A stretch of DNA of 64,000 nucleotides, from assembly GCA_049968515.1 (NCBI GenBank), contig JBMFQR010000001.1:35154-99153 (forward strand), in the 5' to 3' direction. Positions 1-9,911 of this stretch are shown one piece after another. Source of the DNA: Brevinematia bacterium (GTDB lineage: Bacteria; Spirochaetota; Brevinematia; Brevinematales; JAOACQ01). Position 1 is the first letter of the stretch, and each line of letters opens with the position of its first letter. A model generated the notes under the pieces. It did no database searches, had not been told where the DNA came from, and worked only from the letters and a program-made list of their open reading frames with translations. The position numbers and the translations under genes are program-made.

Positions 1-90
1 TCTACTAAATATATTGACAAGTATATTTTCTATTTCATTTTCAATCTCTTCATTCAAAATATAAAAATTTAATTCTTTAAAATATTTCAT
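1..90 (-). CDS. hypothetical protein, N-terminal fragment (gene runs off the window start)
   Basis: Open frame to the window edge. ATG at 88-90 (minus) lies 4 nt after AGGAGG (complement of 95-100). Begins MKYFKELNFYILNEE. No family recognised. Confidence 0.3.
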   Translation of the reverse strand, partial: MKYFKELNFYILNEEIENEIENILVNIFSR

Positions 91-99
91 ATTTCCTCC

Positions 100-654
100 T
101 CATTTACAAAAAAATTCTTTTAGTTTTGTGTAAACAGCTCCAGAAGGTTTAAGCATACTTTCATATACACAAAAAGATTTCACAGAAAATTCTCCAAAAT
201 CATGATTATTTTCTGATTTCAAAAAATTTATAAATTCGTTTGAAGGTTTTGACTTAAATCTTGCAATGGTCAGATGTGGTGAAAAATCATGTTCATCTTT
301 TTTAATTAAATCCTCTGGAAGATTTGAAACAATATTTTTATAGAGATCAAATAAATGGCTATCTTCATCTTTTGTTCCAATCCATAAAACTCTCGGATTA
401 AAGAAAGTGGGGAAGCAGCCTGTGCTTTTAAGTTCCAGATTGAATGGTTTAAAACTGATCTTTGAGAGAGCTTCAATTATTAATTTTAGATTTTTGTCCC
501 CAATCTCACCAATAAATTTTAGTGTGAGATGGAGGTTTTCAGCTGCCACATATTTTATACCTCTGTTTTCTTTTTTCTTTAAAACCTCAACAAAGCCAGA
601 AATCTTATTTTTTAGCTCGAGAGGTAGATCAATTGCTATAAAGATTCTCATCAA
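100..654 (-). CDS. thpR: RNA 2',3'-cyclic phosphodiesterase / 2'-5' RNA ligase family (2H phosphoesterase)
   Basis: 184 aa with the two diagnostic H-x-T-x motifs (NLHLTLKF and SPHLTIARF) at the expected spacing. Confidence 0.8.
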   Translation of the reverse strand: MMRIFIAIDLPLELKNKISGFVEVLKKKENRGIKYVAAENLHLTLKFIGEIGDKNLKLIIEALSKISFKPFNLELKSTGCFPTFFNPRVLWIGTKDEDSHLFDLYKNIVSNLPEDLIKKDEHDFSPHLTIARFKSKPSNEFINFLKSENNHDFGEFSVKSFCVYESMLKPSGAVYTKLKEFFCK

Positions 655-669
655 TAAACTCCATAAAGG

Positions 670-1386
670 CTACTTTTTTTTCAACAGAATTTCTTTGATT
701 TTACTCCCATCAACAGATTCTATTCTAAAATTATAGCCTCCATAATCAAAACTTTCTCCTGGTTTAGGTACATATCCAAAATATTCGAGTACAAAACCTC
801 CTATCGTATCAAAGTTTTCAGAAGTTAACTTTGTCTTAAAAATGCTATTAAACTCATCTATTTTCATTTTTGGGAAAATGATAAATTCATTTTTAGAAAT
901 TTTTTTATATGAGGCAAAAGTATCAGAATCATATTCATCCTCAATTTCCCCAAAAATTTCCTCAATTATATCTTCAAGAGAGACAATTCCAACCATAGTG
1001 CCGTATTCATTTACAACAATGGCAAGATGAATCCTTTCTCTTTTAAAATCCCTTAAGAGCTCACTTGCAAGCTTGTTCTCAGGCACAAAAATAGCCTTTT
1101 TTAATATCTCTTCAATGTTAAAATCTTTTCTACCAAAATATTTTAGAAGATCTTTAACATAAAGAACACCAAGAATATTATCAATCTGTTCGTAGTATAC
1201 TGGAAATCTTGAGTGTCCATCTTCAACAACGATCTTTAATATTTCATCCAGACCAAGGTCTCTATCTATCATAACAACATCGGAACGAGGGATCATAATA
1301 TCTGCTGCTCTTATTCTCGAAAGCTCATCAAGGATAATTTTCTTGCTTTTTTCAAAACTACTCCCCACATCCATTAAAATCTCCAA
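670..1386 (-). CDS. CBS-pair plus CorC/HlyC C-terminal domain protein (CorC-like, no membrane domain)
   Basis: 238 aa. IMIPRSDVV...HSRFPVY...VKDLL and LAIVVNEYGTMVGIVSLEDIIEEIFGEI are typical CBS pair/CorC blocks. The C-terminal region (EFIIFPKMKIDEFN...GGFVLEYFGYVPKPGE) matches the transporter-associated domain. Confidence 0.7.
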   Translation of the reverse strand: MEILMDVGSSFEKSKKIILDELSRIRAADIMIPRSDVVMIDRDLGLDEILKIVVEDGHSRFPVYYEQIDNILGVLYVKDLLKYFGRKDFNIEEILKKAIFVPENKLASELLRDFKRERIHLAIVVNEYGTMVGIVSLEDIIEEIFGEIEDEYDSDTFASYKKISKNEFIIFPKMKIDEFNSIFKTKLTSENFDTIGGFVLEYFGYVPKPGESFDYGGYNFRIESVDGSKIKEILLKKK

Positions 1387-1399
1387 GATAGTAACCAGA

Positions 1400-2203
1400 C
1401 TATATTTCCAGACCGGAATTCATAAGCTTTATATTACCTTTGCATTCTATTCTTATGTAGGTTGTAATGAAACCCTGCTTTACCGGAATGTTGTATTTAA
1501 CATTAAATTTTATATCTTTATAGGTGATTTCTCCCCTTAGAAGGTCAAGGCTACTATCAGCTTCATATGAAGCGTTGCCCAGTGGTTTTGGTTCTACTGA
1601 TTTTTCAAATTCCTCCTTCTCATAAGAGATTAGATTTGCACTTTGAAAGATAATAAGAACTTTGCCTTTATTTTGTTTAACATATCTTTCCTCACTGTAC
1701 TTTGACATCACTGGAATCTTCATTACCCATCCGGGAATATTCGTTGAGAAACTTGCACCAAGTGGGCTTAACTCTCCAAAAAATATGTTTAGGGCGTAGG
1801 AAAGATAATCAATCTGTTTCTCATTAAAAAAGACCTTTGTCTTTCCATATTCATCAATATAAAACTCAGAAAGCAATTTTCTTATGGAATTTAAGCCAAT
1901 AAAGTAAGCTGCCTGAAATTGATTGGTCAGTCCTTCAACCGCGGGGTCTTTAACATCGAGCCTTACCTTATAGCCATATTCATTTGTCTCTATCGGTGTA
2001 AAAATAAGCTTTGCTCCAATATTTGCCTTTGAATTATAAGTAAAAAGTCCCATGTCAACAAAAACGTCTGCCTGACCTTTTAAGTCATAGATAAGCTCTT
2101 TGCCTATCTCAAAGTGATACTTCGGAATAATCTCTTTTTTAATGCCACAGCTATAAATAACAGCCAGAACAAAAAGAAATATTAAACAAATCTTAAACCT
2201 CAT
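1400..2203 (-). CDS. putative lipoprotein, unknown function
   Basis: The ORF-track frame was trimmed to the ATG at 2203 (MRFKICLIFLFVLAVIYSCG), which gives a signal peptide with a lipobox Cys. No family recognised. Confidence 0.5.
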   Translation of the reverse strand: MRFKICLIFLFVLAVIYSCGIKKEIIPKYHFEIGKELIYDLKGQADVFVDMGLFTYNSKANIGAKLIFTPIETNEYGYKVRLDVKDPAVEGLTNQFQAAYFIGLNSIRKLLSEFYIDEYGKTKVFFNEKQIDYLSYALNIFFGELSPLGASFSTNIPGWVMKIPVMSKYSEERYVKQNKGKVLIIFQSANLISYEKEEFEKSVEPKPLGNASYEADSSLDLLRGEITYKDIKFNVKYNIPVKQGFITTYIRIECKGNIKLMNSGLEI

Positions 2204-3911
2204 ATAACCTCTTTTCTTTATCAAAAATTTCGGAAATTTTACTTTCTAAATCGGAAATACTTACCAAAATCTTTTCAGTTTTTTTTCTTTCTTTAATCTC
2301 AACCTTTTCTTCCTCATGATAGCTTTTTCCGACGGTAATTCTTATAGGTATACCAATGAGATCTGCATCCTTGAATTTGACCCCAGGCCTCTCATCCCTG
2401 TCATCAATCAAAACCTCATATTTGAGAGACAGTCTTTCATAAATCTCAAAGGCTACCTTAACAAGCTTATCATCCTGCATATTTATTGGTACTATAATTA
2501 TGTGAAATGGAGCAACAGTAATAGGCCATATAATACCATCGCTATCATTATTTTGCTCTATAATACTTGCCATTGTCCTTCCCACTCCAATTCCGTAGCA
2601 GCCCATAATTGGCAAAAATTCCTTTCCATCCTTCCCTAAAACCTTTACATTCATAGCCTCTGTGTACTTATATCCTAATTTGAAAATGTGCCCTACTTCT
2701 ATTCCTCTGTAGCTCTCAAGAACTGACTTACATTGAGGGCAAATTTCGCCAGCTTTTACCTTCCTAATATCACCGGTGATGTCAGCCTTAAAATCCCTGC
2801 CATAACATATGTTCTTTATGTGATAGTCTTTTTTATTTGCTCCAGAAACTGCATTTTTCATTACAGTTACACTTTCGTCGGCAATGATTTTTAATTTTAA
2901 GCCGAGGGGTGAAGCAAATCCAACAGGTGCATTTGTAACCTTTTTTATAATCTCCTCACTTGCAAGCTCAAGAGTATTACACTTCAGTAGATTTTTAAGC
3001 TTTGTCTCGTTTATTTCAAAATCACCTCTTATCAATGCCATAATTGGCTCACCATCTGCGACGTAAACAATTGATTTAATAAACCTTTCAGGGGAGAGTT
3101 TAAGAAATTCAGTGAGCTGTTCAATAGTTTTTATATCAGGTGTATGAATCTCTTCAAGTGGTAGTTCCTTTTCATCTTTAGCCTTAAAATCGTAATAAGA
3201 CTTTGCAAGTTCAACATTGGCAACATACCCACAGGATGGGCATTTTATAATTTCCTCCTCACCAATGGTGGATGGTACCATAAATTCTTCTGATGCTGAT
3301 CCACCCATGCTTCCCGTATCTGCAAGTACTGGGATGACGTCAAGTCCACATCTTTTAAAAATTCTTCTGTATGCTGTCCTCATAGCCTCATAATTTTTGT
3401 CAAGTCCCTCTTCATCTATGTCAAAAGAGTATGCATCCTTCATTATAAACTCTCTACACCTCATTACACCAAATCTCGGTCTGATTTCATCCCTGAACTT
3501 TGTATTGATCTGATAAAGGTTTAAAGGCAAGTCTCTATAAGAGCGGACATTTTCCCTCACAACTGCAGTAAAGACCTCTTCATGTGTGGGGCCTAATACC
3601 ATATCTACATCATGTCTGTCCTTCAGTCTGAACATTTCCTGCCCCATGACTTCATATCTACCACTTTCCTTCCAGTATTCGGCCGGAATTAAAATTGGGG
3701 GAAGCAGCTCAAGTGCACCAGCTCTATTCATTTCCTCCCTTATAATGTTTATAATTTTCTGAAGAGTGCGAAGTCCGAGAGGTAAAAATGTATAAAGTCC
3801 GGTACCGAGTTTTCTTATCAATCCAGCCCTGTACATAAGGATATGGGAGTTAATCTCAGCATCCTTTGGAACCTCCCTTAATGTTGGAATAAGCATCTTT
3901 GAAAAAAGCAT
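2193..3911 (-). CDS. proS: proline--tRNA ligase
   Basis: Bacterial-type ProRS with an editing-domain insertion: MLIPTLREVPKDAE, FRDEIRPRFGVMRCREFIMKDAYSF, GCYGIGVGR. Start moved to the ATG at 3911, 5 nt after GGAG. Confidence 0.95.
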   Translation of the reverse strand: MLFSKMLIPTLREVPKDAEINSHILMYRAGLIRKLGTGLYTFLPLGLRTLQKIINIIREEMNRAGALELLPPILIPAEYWKESGRYEVMGQEMFRLKDRHDVDMVLGPTHEEVFTAVVRENVRSYRDLPLNLYQINTKFRDEIRPRFGVMRCREFIMKDAYSFDIDEEGLDKNYEAMRTAYRRIFKRCGLDVIPVLADTGSMGGSASEEFMVPSTIGEEEIIKCPSCGYVANVELAKSYYDFKAKDEKELPLEEIHTPDIKTIEQLTEFLKLSPERFIKSIVYVADGEPIMALIRGDFEINETKLKNLLKCNTLELASEEIIKKVTNAPVGFASPLGLKLKIIADESVTVMKNAVSGANKKDYHIKNICYGRDFKADITGDIRKVKAGEICPQCKSVLESYRGIEVGHIFKLGYKYTEAMNVKVLGKDGKEFLPIMGCYGIGVGRTMASIIEQNNDSDGIIWPITVAPFHIIIVPINMQDDKLVKVAFEIYERLSLKYEVLIDDRDERPGVKFKDADLIGIPIRITVGKSYHEEEKVEIKERKKTEKILVSISDLESKISEIFDKEKRLYEV

Positions 3912-4048
3912 ACCATCTCCTTTTATATTGTATGAAATAATTTTAATAGAGTTTGCGATTTTATTCAAATAAACACAAGAGAAATTTTGCAGCTACAAAA
4001 ACTTTGATTTTAATTCTCAATAATTATATAATCTTATTGGGAGTTTTA

Positions 4049-4207
4049 ATGAGTTTTGAGTGCAAATATTTCAATAAGGGATTTTGTGAATTGCTTGAGA
4101 AGAACTGCAATCCGGGTCAAAAAGGATGTGTATTGATAAAAGCAAAGGTGTTTTTCATCGGAGAAAAAAATGATAGAAAGGACAATAACATTTCCAATTC
4201 TCGATAA
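4049..4207 (+). CDS. small Cys-rich protein (52 aa), unknown function
   Basis: ATG at 4049 lies 6 nt after GGGAG. The sequence is MSFECKYFNKGFCELLEKNCNPGQKGCVLIK..., with Cys at 5, 13, 21 and 28. The 3' end overlaps the next gene by 38 nt. No family recognised. Confidence 0.3.
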   Translation: MSFECKYFNKGFCELLEKNCNPGQKGCVLIKAKVFFIGEKNDRKDNNISNSR

Positions 4208-4694
4208 AGAAATCCTTTTTTCTTTAGAAGCGGGTGAGATGCTTTCCATAAATGGAAGAATATACACTGCGAGAGATCAGGCACACAGAAAGATGCTTGA
4301 ACTTTTAAAGAGAGGAGAAAAACTGCCAATATCTCTTGAAAACAACGCAATATACTATTGTGGACCGACACCTCCACAAAAAGACAACCTTTTCGGTTCA
4401 GCAGGTCCTACAACTTCCTCAAGAATGGACGAAGCCTTTCTCGTTTTAGCAGAATATGGATTATCCGCTACAATAGGGAAGGGCGAGAGAGCTAAAGAGG
4501 TAGTTGAAATGTGCAGGAAAATGGGTTGTGTATATTTTATAACCTTTGGAGGAGCTGGTGCATATCTCGCAAAAAGAATTTTAAGCCAGAAACTCATTGC
4601 CTTTCCTGAATTGGGGGCAGAGGCAATTTATGAGCTTGTGGTTCGGGACTTTCCTGTAATAGTCGGAATAGACACAAAAGGGAGAAAATTTTAA
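4170..4694 (+). CDS. Fe-S hydro-lyase beta subunit (class I fumarate hydratase / L(+)-tartrate dehydratase beta type)
   Basis: 174 aa. GRIYTARDQAHRKM, YYCGPTP, GPTTSSRMD, ATIGKGERA and GGAGAYLA are the conserved blocks of FumA-C/TtdB-type beta subunits. Confidence 0.8.
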   Translation: MIERTITFPILDKEILFSLEAGEMLSINGRIYTARDQAHRKMLELLKRGEKLPISLENNAIYYCGPTPPQKDNLFGSAGPTTSSRMDEAFLVLAEYGLSATIGKGERAKEVVEMCRKMGCVYFITFGGAGAYLAKRILSQKLIAFPELGAEAIYELVVRDFPVIVGIDTKGRKF

Positions 4695-4752
4695 CTCATT
4701 AATTGAAAAATAGAGAAAAAAATGCTAACATAATAAGTAATAGAGGAGAAAT

Positions 4753-5727
4753 ATGAGAGTTTTATTTATTGGCGGTACTGGAATAATTAGTTCTGCATGC
4801 TCTGAACTTGCATTGAAAAGAGGTATAGAATTATACCACTTTAACAGAGGACAAAGCCACAGAAAGATAGATGGGGTAAAAACTATTCATGGAGATATAA
4901 GAGATTTTAGTAGTGCAAAAGATATTCTTTCAAAATATGAGTTTGATGTTGTGGTAGACTGGATTGCATTTGTACCTGCTCATGTAAAACAGGATATAGA
5001 GATCTTCAAAGGCAGGATCAAACAATACATATTTATTAGTTCGGCCTCTGCATATCAGAAGCCAGTCAGAAAACTGCCAATAACTGAGAAAACCCCCCTC
5101 GAAAATCCTTTCTGGCAGTACTCAAGGGATAAAATAGAATGCGAAAAGATACTCTTTGAAGAATACAAAAGTTCTGGTTTTCCAGTAACCATAGTTAGGC
5201 CGTCTCATACCTATGATAAAACATTGATTCCAATAGATTGGGGATATACCACATTACACAGGATGAAGAAGGGTAAAAAAACTATAATTCACGGAGATGG
5301 AACATCGTTGTGGGTACTTACCCATCATAAAGATTTTGCAGTAGGATTTACAGGTTTACTCGGTAAAAGTGAAGCCATAGGAGAGGCATTTCACATTACA
5401 GGAGAGGAGCTGTTAAGCTGGAACCAGATATATGAGCTTATAGCAAATGAGCTGGGGGTTGAGCTTAAACCCATACATATTCCCTCAGAGGTTATTGCAA
5501 AGTTTGATCCAAAAATGGGAGCAAGCCTTCTCGGAGACAAGGCTTACAGCGTAATATTTGATAACTCAAAGATAAAAAGCCTTGTTCCAGAATTCAAACA
5601 AACTATTTTCTTTGAGGAAGGGGTGAAAGAGATTGTTGAGTGGTACGAAAAAAACTTAGACTTTCAGGTTGTAAACTATGAGCTTGATAAGCTTATAGAC
5701 AGAATAATAGAAAAGTATTCAAATTAA
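4753..5727 (+). CDS. NAD-dependent epimerase/dehydratase family protein (extended SDR)
   Basis: N-terminal Rossmann motif IGGTGIISSA, SSASAY and a YSRDK active-site-like block. 324 aa. Confidence 0.75.
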   Translation: MRVLFIGGTGIISSACSELALKRGIELYHFNRGQSHRKIDGVKTIHGDIRDFSSAKDILSKYEFDVVVDWIAFVPAHVKQDIEIFKGRIKQYIFISSASAYQKPVRKLPITEKTPLENPFWQYSRDKIECEKILFEEYKSSGFPVTIVRPSHTYDKTLIPIDWGYTTLHRMKKGKKTIIHGDGTSLWVLTHHKDFAVGFTGLLGKSEAIGEAFHITGEELLSWNQIYELIANELGVELKPIHIPSEVIAKFDPKMGASLLGDKAYSVIFDNSKIKSLVPEFKQTIFFEEGVKEIVEWYEKNLDFQVVNYELDKLIDRIIEKYSN

Positions 5728-5749
5728 GTTTTGTAAAGGAGAAAAAACT

Positions 5750-7306
5750 ATGAGGAAAAGAATATCTCTAATTTTGGGGCTTTTAATTTTTTTTGTTAAT
5801 TTTCTTTTTTCTGCGGTTGTTTCAGAAAGAAATGAAATAGCTGTTTTTCCAGTATTTTCTTCATATGAATTACCGAGTGGTGCTGCAAGGTATTTTGACG
5901 ATAAGCTGATTGAAATATTAAACAGCATGAAAAGATTCGAGGTTATTGGCTATCAATACAGGCTCGATTATACATCAGCAGAGCGTTTTATACAGAAGAT
6001 TCAAGAGTTGAAAAAGCAGGCTTTAATGAAGGATCAGAAATATATGGATGAAGATTTAGGAGTCGTTGTTATACCTGCAGCCGAGATGGAAAAGCTTGTC
6101 AATTCATTTTTCATTTTTATTCCTTCAATTACGGGTTTTCACACGAGGGAATACCAGATAGAGGTAAAAACAAAAGAGAAAGGCAGGATAAAGGTAAGAA
6201 TAGTTACAGAGTATGAGGCTGTGGTAAATATCTCCGTAAAAATCATAACCTCTGAGGGGAAGCTTCTTGATACATATAATTCTTCGCAGAAGGCAACCTC
6301 ACAGAGAAACCCAATGGAAGCATATCAATCTGCTGTTAACAGTGCAATCGGCGGACTCGGATTTTATTTGAGAAACATTGAAGAGTTTAAAATAAAATCT
6401 GGAATATTGAAAGTAGTCGGCAACAGTGTATATTTTGAACTTGGAGGAAACAGGGGAATAGCCCCCGGGCATGAATATGTTATCCAAAAAGAAGAGAAAT
6501 TTATGGATAAATTCAAAGAAAAGGTTGTGACTGGGCTTGTGAGGGTGAGGGAAACAAAATCTGAATACTCTATAGCCACAGTTATATGGGGTTCTCCGGA
6601 GGTTGGAGATCAGCTTGTTGAAGCACCAATGGCCGGAGCAAGATTTAACATATGGGCTGGGATGTTCCCGATGAAAGTTCAATCTGATAATCTTGAGATT
6701 CGATATATTTCACCGGGGCTTTCTTTTGTGAGTAAGGAAAAATTTTCAAAATCAGTTTATGCCTTTTCTCTCGGTCTTGATCTCGAGGGTGAAATAGGCT
6801 ATGCATTCTTGCTCGATTTAAAAATGGGATTTTACTTTAGCAATCCCTTCTCTTACAATTTTAATTTTGGGCTTGGCTATGAGCTTTACTTTGGTAGATT
6901 CAGCGCCACAATTGGTAGTGATCTATCTTTTGTTGGTCTCTATAAATATCTTGGCACGTTCGAGAACAACTCATGGAATGGAATTGATATAAAAGGGACA
7001 ACCTTTTATGAAGATATCGATGTCTCACTCTTTGGTGGAACATTTGGAGTAAAGCCGAATATAACAATAAACTTTCAACCCTCACAGAGGTTTAAAATTA
7101 GAGCCTTCGGCGGTTATGCTTTATATTTTGTCCCATACTATCAGCTACAATTTACAGAGAGAAGCTCTGATGATGAGAAGAAAAGTCAGACAGTGGATGT
7201 AACTGATTCATCAGTATCTTTCTTTATAGATGGCAACGAAACAAAAACATTCCCCATTGATTTTTCTGGAATCTTTGGTGGTGTCGAAATTATCTTCAGA
7301 TTTTAG
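5750..7306 (+). CDS. secreted protein, unknown function (C-terminal half beta-strand rich, ends in Phe)
   Basis: Good RBS (GGAG) and an N-terminal signal peptide. Alternating aromatic/Gly-rich C-terminal third ends ...GGVEIIFRF, as in outer-membrane barrels. Confidence 0.5.
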   Translation: MRKRISLILGLLIFFVNFLFSAVVSERNEIAVFPVFSSYELPSGAARYFDDKLIEILNSMKRFEVIGYQYRLDYTSAERFIQKIQELKKQALMKDQKYMDEDLGVVVIPAAEMEKLVNSFFIFIPSITGFHTREYQIEVKTKEKGRIKVRIVTEYEAVVNISVKIITSEGKLLDTYNSSQKATSQRNPMEAYQSAVNSAIGGLGFYLRNIEEFKIKSGILKVVGNSVYFELGGNRGIAPGHEYVIQKEEKFMDKFKEKVVTGLVRVRETKSEYSIATVIWGSPEVGDQLVEAPMAGARFNIWAGMFPMKVQSDNLEIRYISPGLSFVSKEKFSKSVYAFSLGLDLEGEIGYAFLLDLKMGFYFSNPFSYNFNFGLGYELYFGRFSATIGSDLSFVGLYKYLGTFENNSWNGIDIKGTTFYEDIDVSLFGGTFGVKPNITINFQPSQRFKIRAFGGYALYFVPYYQLQFTERSSDDEKKSQTVDVTDSSVSFFIDGNETKTFPIDFSGIFGGVEIIFRF

Positions 7307-7320
7307 AGATGGGCAATGTG

Positions 7321-8085
7321 CTATTCAGAAATTTCTATGGATTTTCTGGATAGCACATCTTTAAAGAATAACTCCCACATAACGATGGCTGATGCTACAC
7401 CTGCATTCAGGCTATTTAGCTTTTCTGTTGTTGGAATGTAAATTAACCTATCACATAGCTTTTTCGTTGACTTTCTCAGGCCACTATGCTCACTCCCGAT
7501 TATACAGGCGAGCTTGTCTGACCTTTCTGTCTTAATTATAGTCATTTCAGCATCTACAGAAAAGCCAAAAATCTGAAAATTTTCCTCTTTTAATCTCGTA
7601 AGCCATAGGTTTAGATTGTTTACATAGAGAATTCTTTGTTTATACACAGCACCCGCAGAAGACTTAATTGTCTGGGGGGTTATCCTCGCAGAGTTATCTT
7701 TTGGAAGAATTATCAAATCACATCCCAGAAGCAAGGCTGATCTTATAATCGCACCAAAATTTCCTGTATCAGTTATGCCATCTAAAATAAGCACATTTCT
7801 GACACTCTCATCAAACTCAAAGTCTTTCTCGTCTTCCATAATCGTTGGAGGAAGTGAAATCTCAGCACATATACCCTGATGCTTTTGAGTATGTGAAATT
7901 TTTTCTATCTCTTTTTCAGTCAAAAAAGCAATTTTTATTCCGTTGTTTTCTATTTCTTTAAGTAAGGTGATGAATTTACCTTTTTTGTCTTTATCGATAA
8001 AAATTTTTGTAATCTTAATTTTATCTTTTATTGCCTCAAAAACTGAATTTTTACCATATATTATCAACTTTGTTCTCCCACTCAA
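7321..8085 (-). CDS. rlmB: SpoU/TrmH-family RNA 2'-O-methyltransferase (RlmB-like)
   Basis: IYGKNSVFEAI N-terminal substrate-binding block, HQGICAE, LDGITDTGNFGAIIRSA, IGSEHSGL and IPTTEKLNSLNAGVASAI are SpoU motifs. Confidence 0.75.
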   Translation of the reverse strand: MSGRTKLIIYGKNSVFEAIKDKIKITKIFIDKDKKGKFITLLKEIENNGIKIAFLTEKEIEKISHTQKHQGICAEISLPPTIMEDEKDFEFDESVRNVLILDGITDTGNFGAIIRSALLLGCDLIILPKDNSARITPQTIKSSAGAVYKQRILYVNNLNLWLTRLKEENFQIFGFSVDAEMTIIKTERSDKLACIIGSEHSGLRKSTKKLCDRLIYIPTTEKLNSLNAGVASAIVMWELFFKDVLSRKSIEISE

Positions 8086-9062
8086 TTTTTATTAGAAACT
8101 GGCTTTTCAACGAGTTCAATATCAAAGTTTCCTATGTAAAAAAATATTCCACCATAAAATTTGCTTGTCTCATTCCTCGTAAATTCCTTATCACTGAATG
8201 CCGGGTAGTATATCCAGCCAATCTTTAAACCGACCCCATTGTAATAGAATCTAAGGCTTATATCATAATAGCTGTATCTTTGGAAAAGACCACACCATTC
8301 ACCAGCAATAAATATGTTTTTTCTGTTAAATTCATAATCATCTGGAAAGATATAAATCGGGATATACAATGTCAGAGGCAGAATTCCCCCGGCATTTGTA
8401 CTGTGCAAATCAAAAATCCCCACCCCAAAACCTATTCCGAGAGGTGTATGTGGCAGCATAAAAATTTTTGAATACTCAAGCAACTTTAAAGAAATCCCAA
8501 AACTATTTTCAGAATTTATCCCTTCATTAAAGAGGAAGCCCACATTTATGAAATCAAGCAATTCATAACCAAAAACAGACTTTTCATCCTTATATATTCT
8601 TCTATAGTACTTCCTGTAGTCTGGAATCTCTCTGTAAGCAGGTAATACCTTTCCTCTTAAAAGATTAAAAATCCTTTTTGCTAAATTTTTACCTGCATTT
8701 TCAAATCCGATTGTACCCCATACATCCCTTGTATAAATTGAATCACTTAATATAAATGTTTTATCTATAGAACTTCTTATCTTGACATTTATTACATAGA
8801 GTTCCTCATATGGCTGAAAATCAAAATCAAAAAATATAAGATAAGCAGGGTCTTCAACCTCATCATACCTTAAAAGTGTAAATTTATATTTTATCAGGTT
8901 TGAAATAAGGGAGTTTGTAAATGCTGATATCTTTTCTTGTGTCAATTTATCCTTATTAATTTCAACAATCTTATATGTTTGAACATACGAGATAGAAAAG
9001 AAAGAAGAATAAAACAGAAAAAGAAAAACCAAATTTACAAAAAGCGACTTTAGAACTTTCAT
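8082..9062 (-). CDS. secreted protein, unknown function
   Basis: Signal peptide MKVLKSLFVNLVFLFLFYSS and a beta-rich C-terminal half. Its stop overlaps the rlmB-like start by 4 nt. Confidence 0.5.
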   Translation of the reverse strand: MKVLKSLFVNLVFLFLFYSSFFSISYVQTYKIVEINKDKLTQEKISAFTNSLISNLIKYKFTLLRYDEVEDPAYLIFFDFDFQPYEELYVINVKIRSSIDKTFILSDSIYTRDVWGTIGFENAGKNLAKRIFNLLRGKVLPAYREIPDYRKYYRRIYKDEKSVFGYELLDFINVGFLFNEGINSENSFGISLKLLEYSKIFMLPHTPLGIGFGVGIFDLHSTNAGGILPLTLYIPIYIFPDDYEFNRKNIFIAGEWCGLFQRYSYYDISLRFYYNGVGLKIGWIYYPAFSDKEFTRNETSKFYGGIFFYIGNFDIELVEKPVSNKN

Positions 9063-9147
9063 TTATTTCCCTGATATTTTTATAAAAAATACATTCTTAT
9101 GTTATAATATTTGCAAAAAATTCTCAATTTTATTTTCGGAGGAAATC

Positions 9148-9861
9148 TTGAAAACAAAAGTCATACTTGCCTTAGATGTCAATAGTTCGGAAGAGGCTTA
9201 TAGCCTTATCGATGAACTCAGCGATTATGTTGATTGCTTTAAGGTTGGGAGTATACTCTATGCAGAATGTGGAAATACAATTGTGGAATACATAAGAAAG
9301 AAAAACAAAATGGTGTTTCTTGACTTGAAATTTTTTGACATTCCGAATACTGTTAAGGGGGTTTCATATGTTGCAACTAAAACCGGGGTTGATATGTTTA
9401 CAATCCATCTTCTCGGTGGGAGTGAGATGGTTAAAGCTTCGCTTGATGGGGTTTGTGAGGCTATTGAAGATTTCAAGCTGAATAAAACCCCAATCATTTT
9501 AGGGGTTACTATTTTGACAAGCTTGAACGAAGACATCTTGAGAAATGAGCTTAAAGTTGATACATCGCTAAAATCTTTTGTGCTTCACCTTGCAAGAGTT
9601 GGTTATGAAGCTGGACTTAGAGGTTTTGTCTGTTCACCTCAGGAGGTGAGACTCTTAAAGAAAAATCTTTCCGAGGATATAATTGTTGTAACACCGGGTG
9701 TAAGAATTTCAAATGATTGGAATGATCAAAAAAGGGTTATGACACCTAAAATGGCTTCAGAAGAAGGGGCTGATTACATAGTAGTTGGACGCTCGGTATT
9801 AAACCAGAATGATAAAATCGACATTCTTAAAAAAATTAGGGAAGAAATAGAATCTTTCTAA
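9148..9861 (+). CDS. pyrF: orotidine 5'-phosphate decarboxylase
   Basis: ILALDV, FKVG, LDLKFFDIPNTV, TPGVR and VVGRSV motifs. TTG start 5 nt after GGAGG. An extended -10 (TGTTATAAT) sits at 9100-9108. Confidence 0.9.
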   Translation: MKTKVILALDVNSSEEAYSLIDELSDYVDCFKVGSILYAECGNTIVEYIRKKNKMVFLDLKFFDIPNTVKGVSYVATKTGVDMFTIHLLGGSEMVKASLDGVCEAIEDFKLNKTPIILGVTILTSLNEDILRNELKVDTSLKSFVLHLARVGYEAGLRGFVCSPQEVRLLKKNLSEDIIVVTPGVRISNDWNDQKRVMTPKMASEEGADYIVVGRSVLNQNDKIDILKKIREEIESF

Positions 9862-9911
9862 ATATGTAGCTTGCAAATTTTCAATGAGCTGATCGGTGCA
9901 AGCAAATATTT

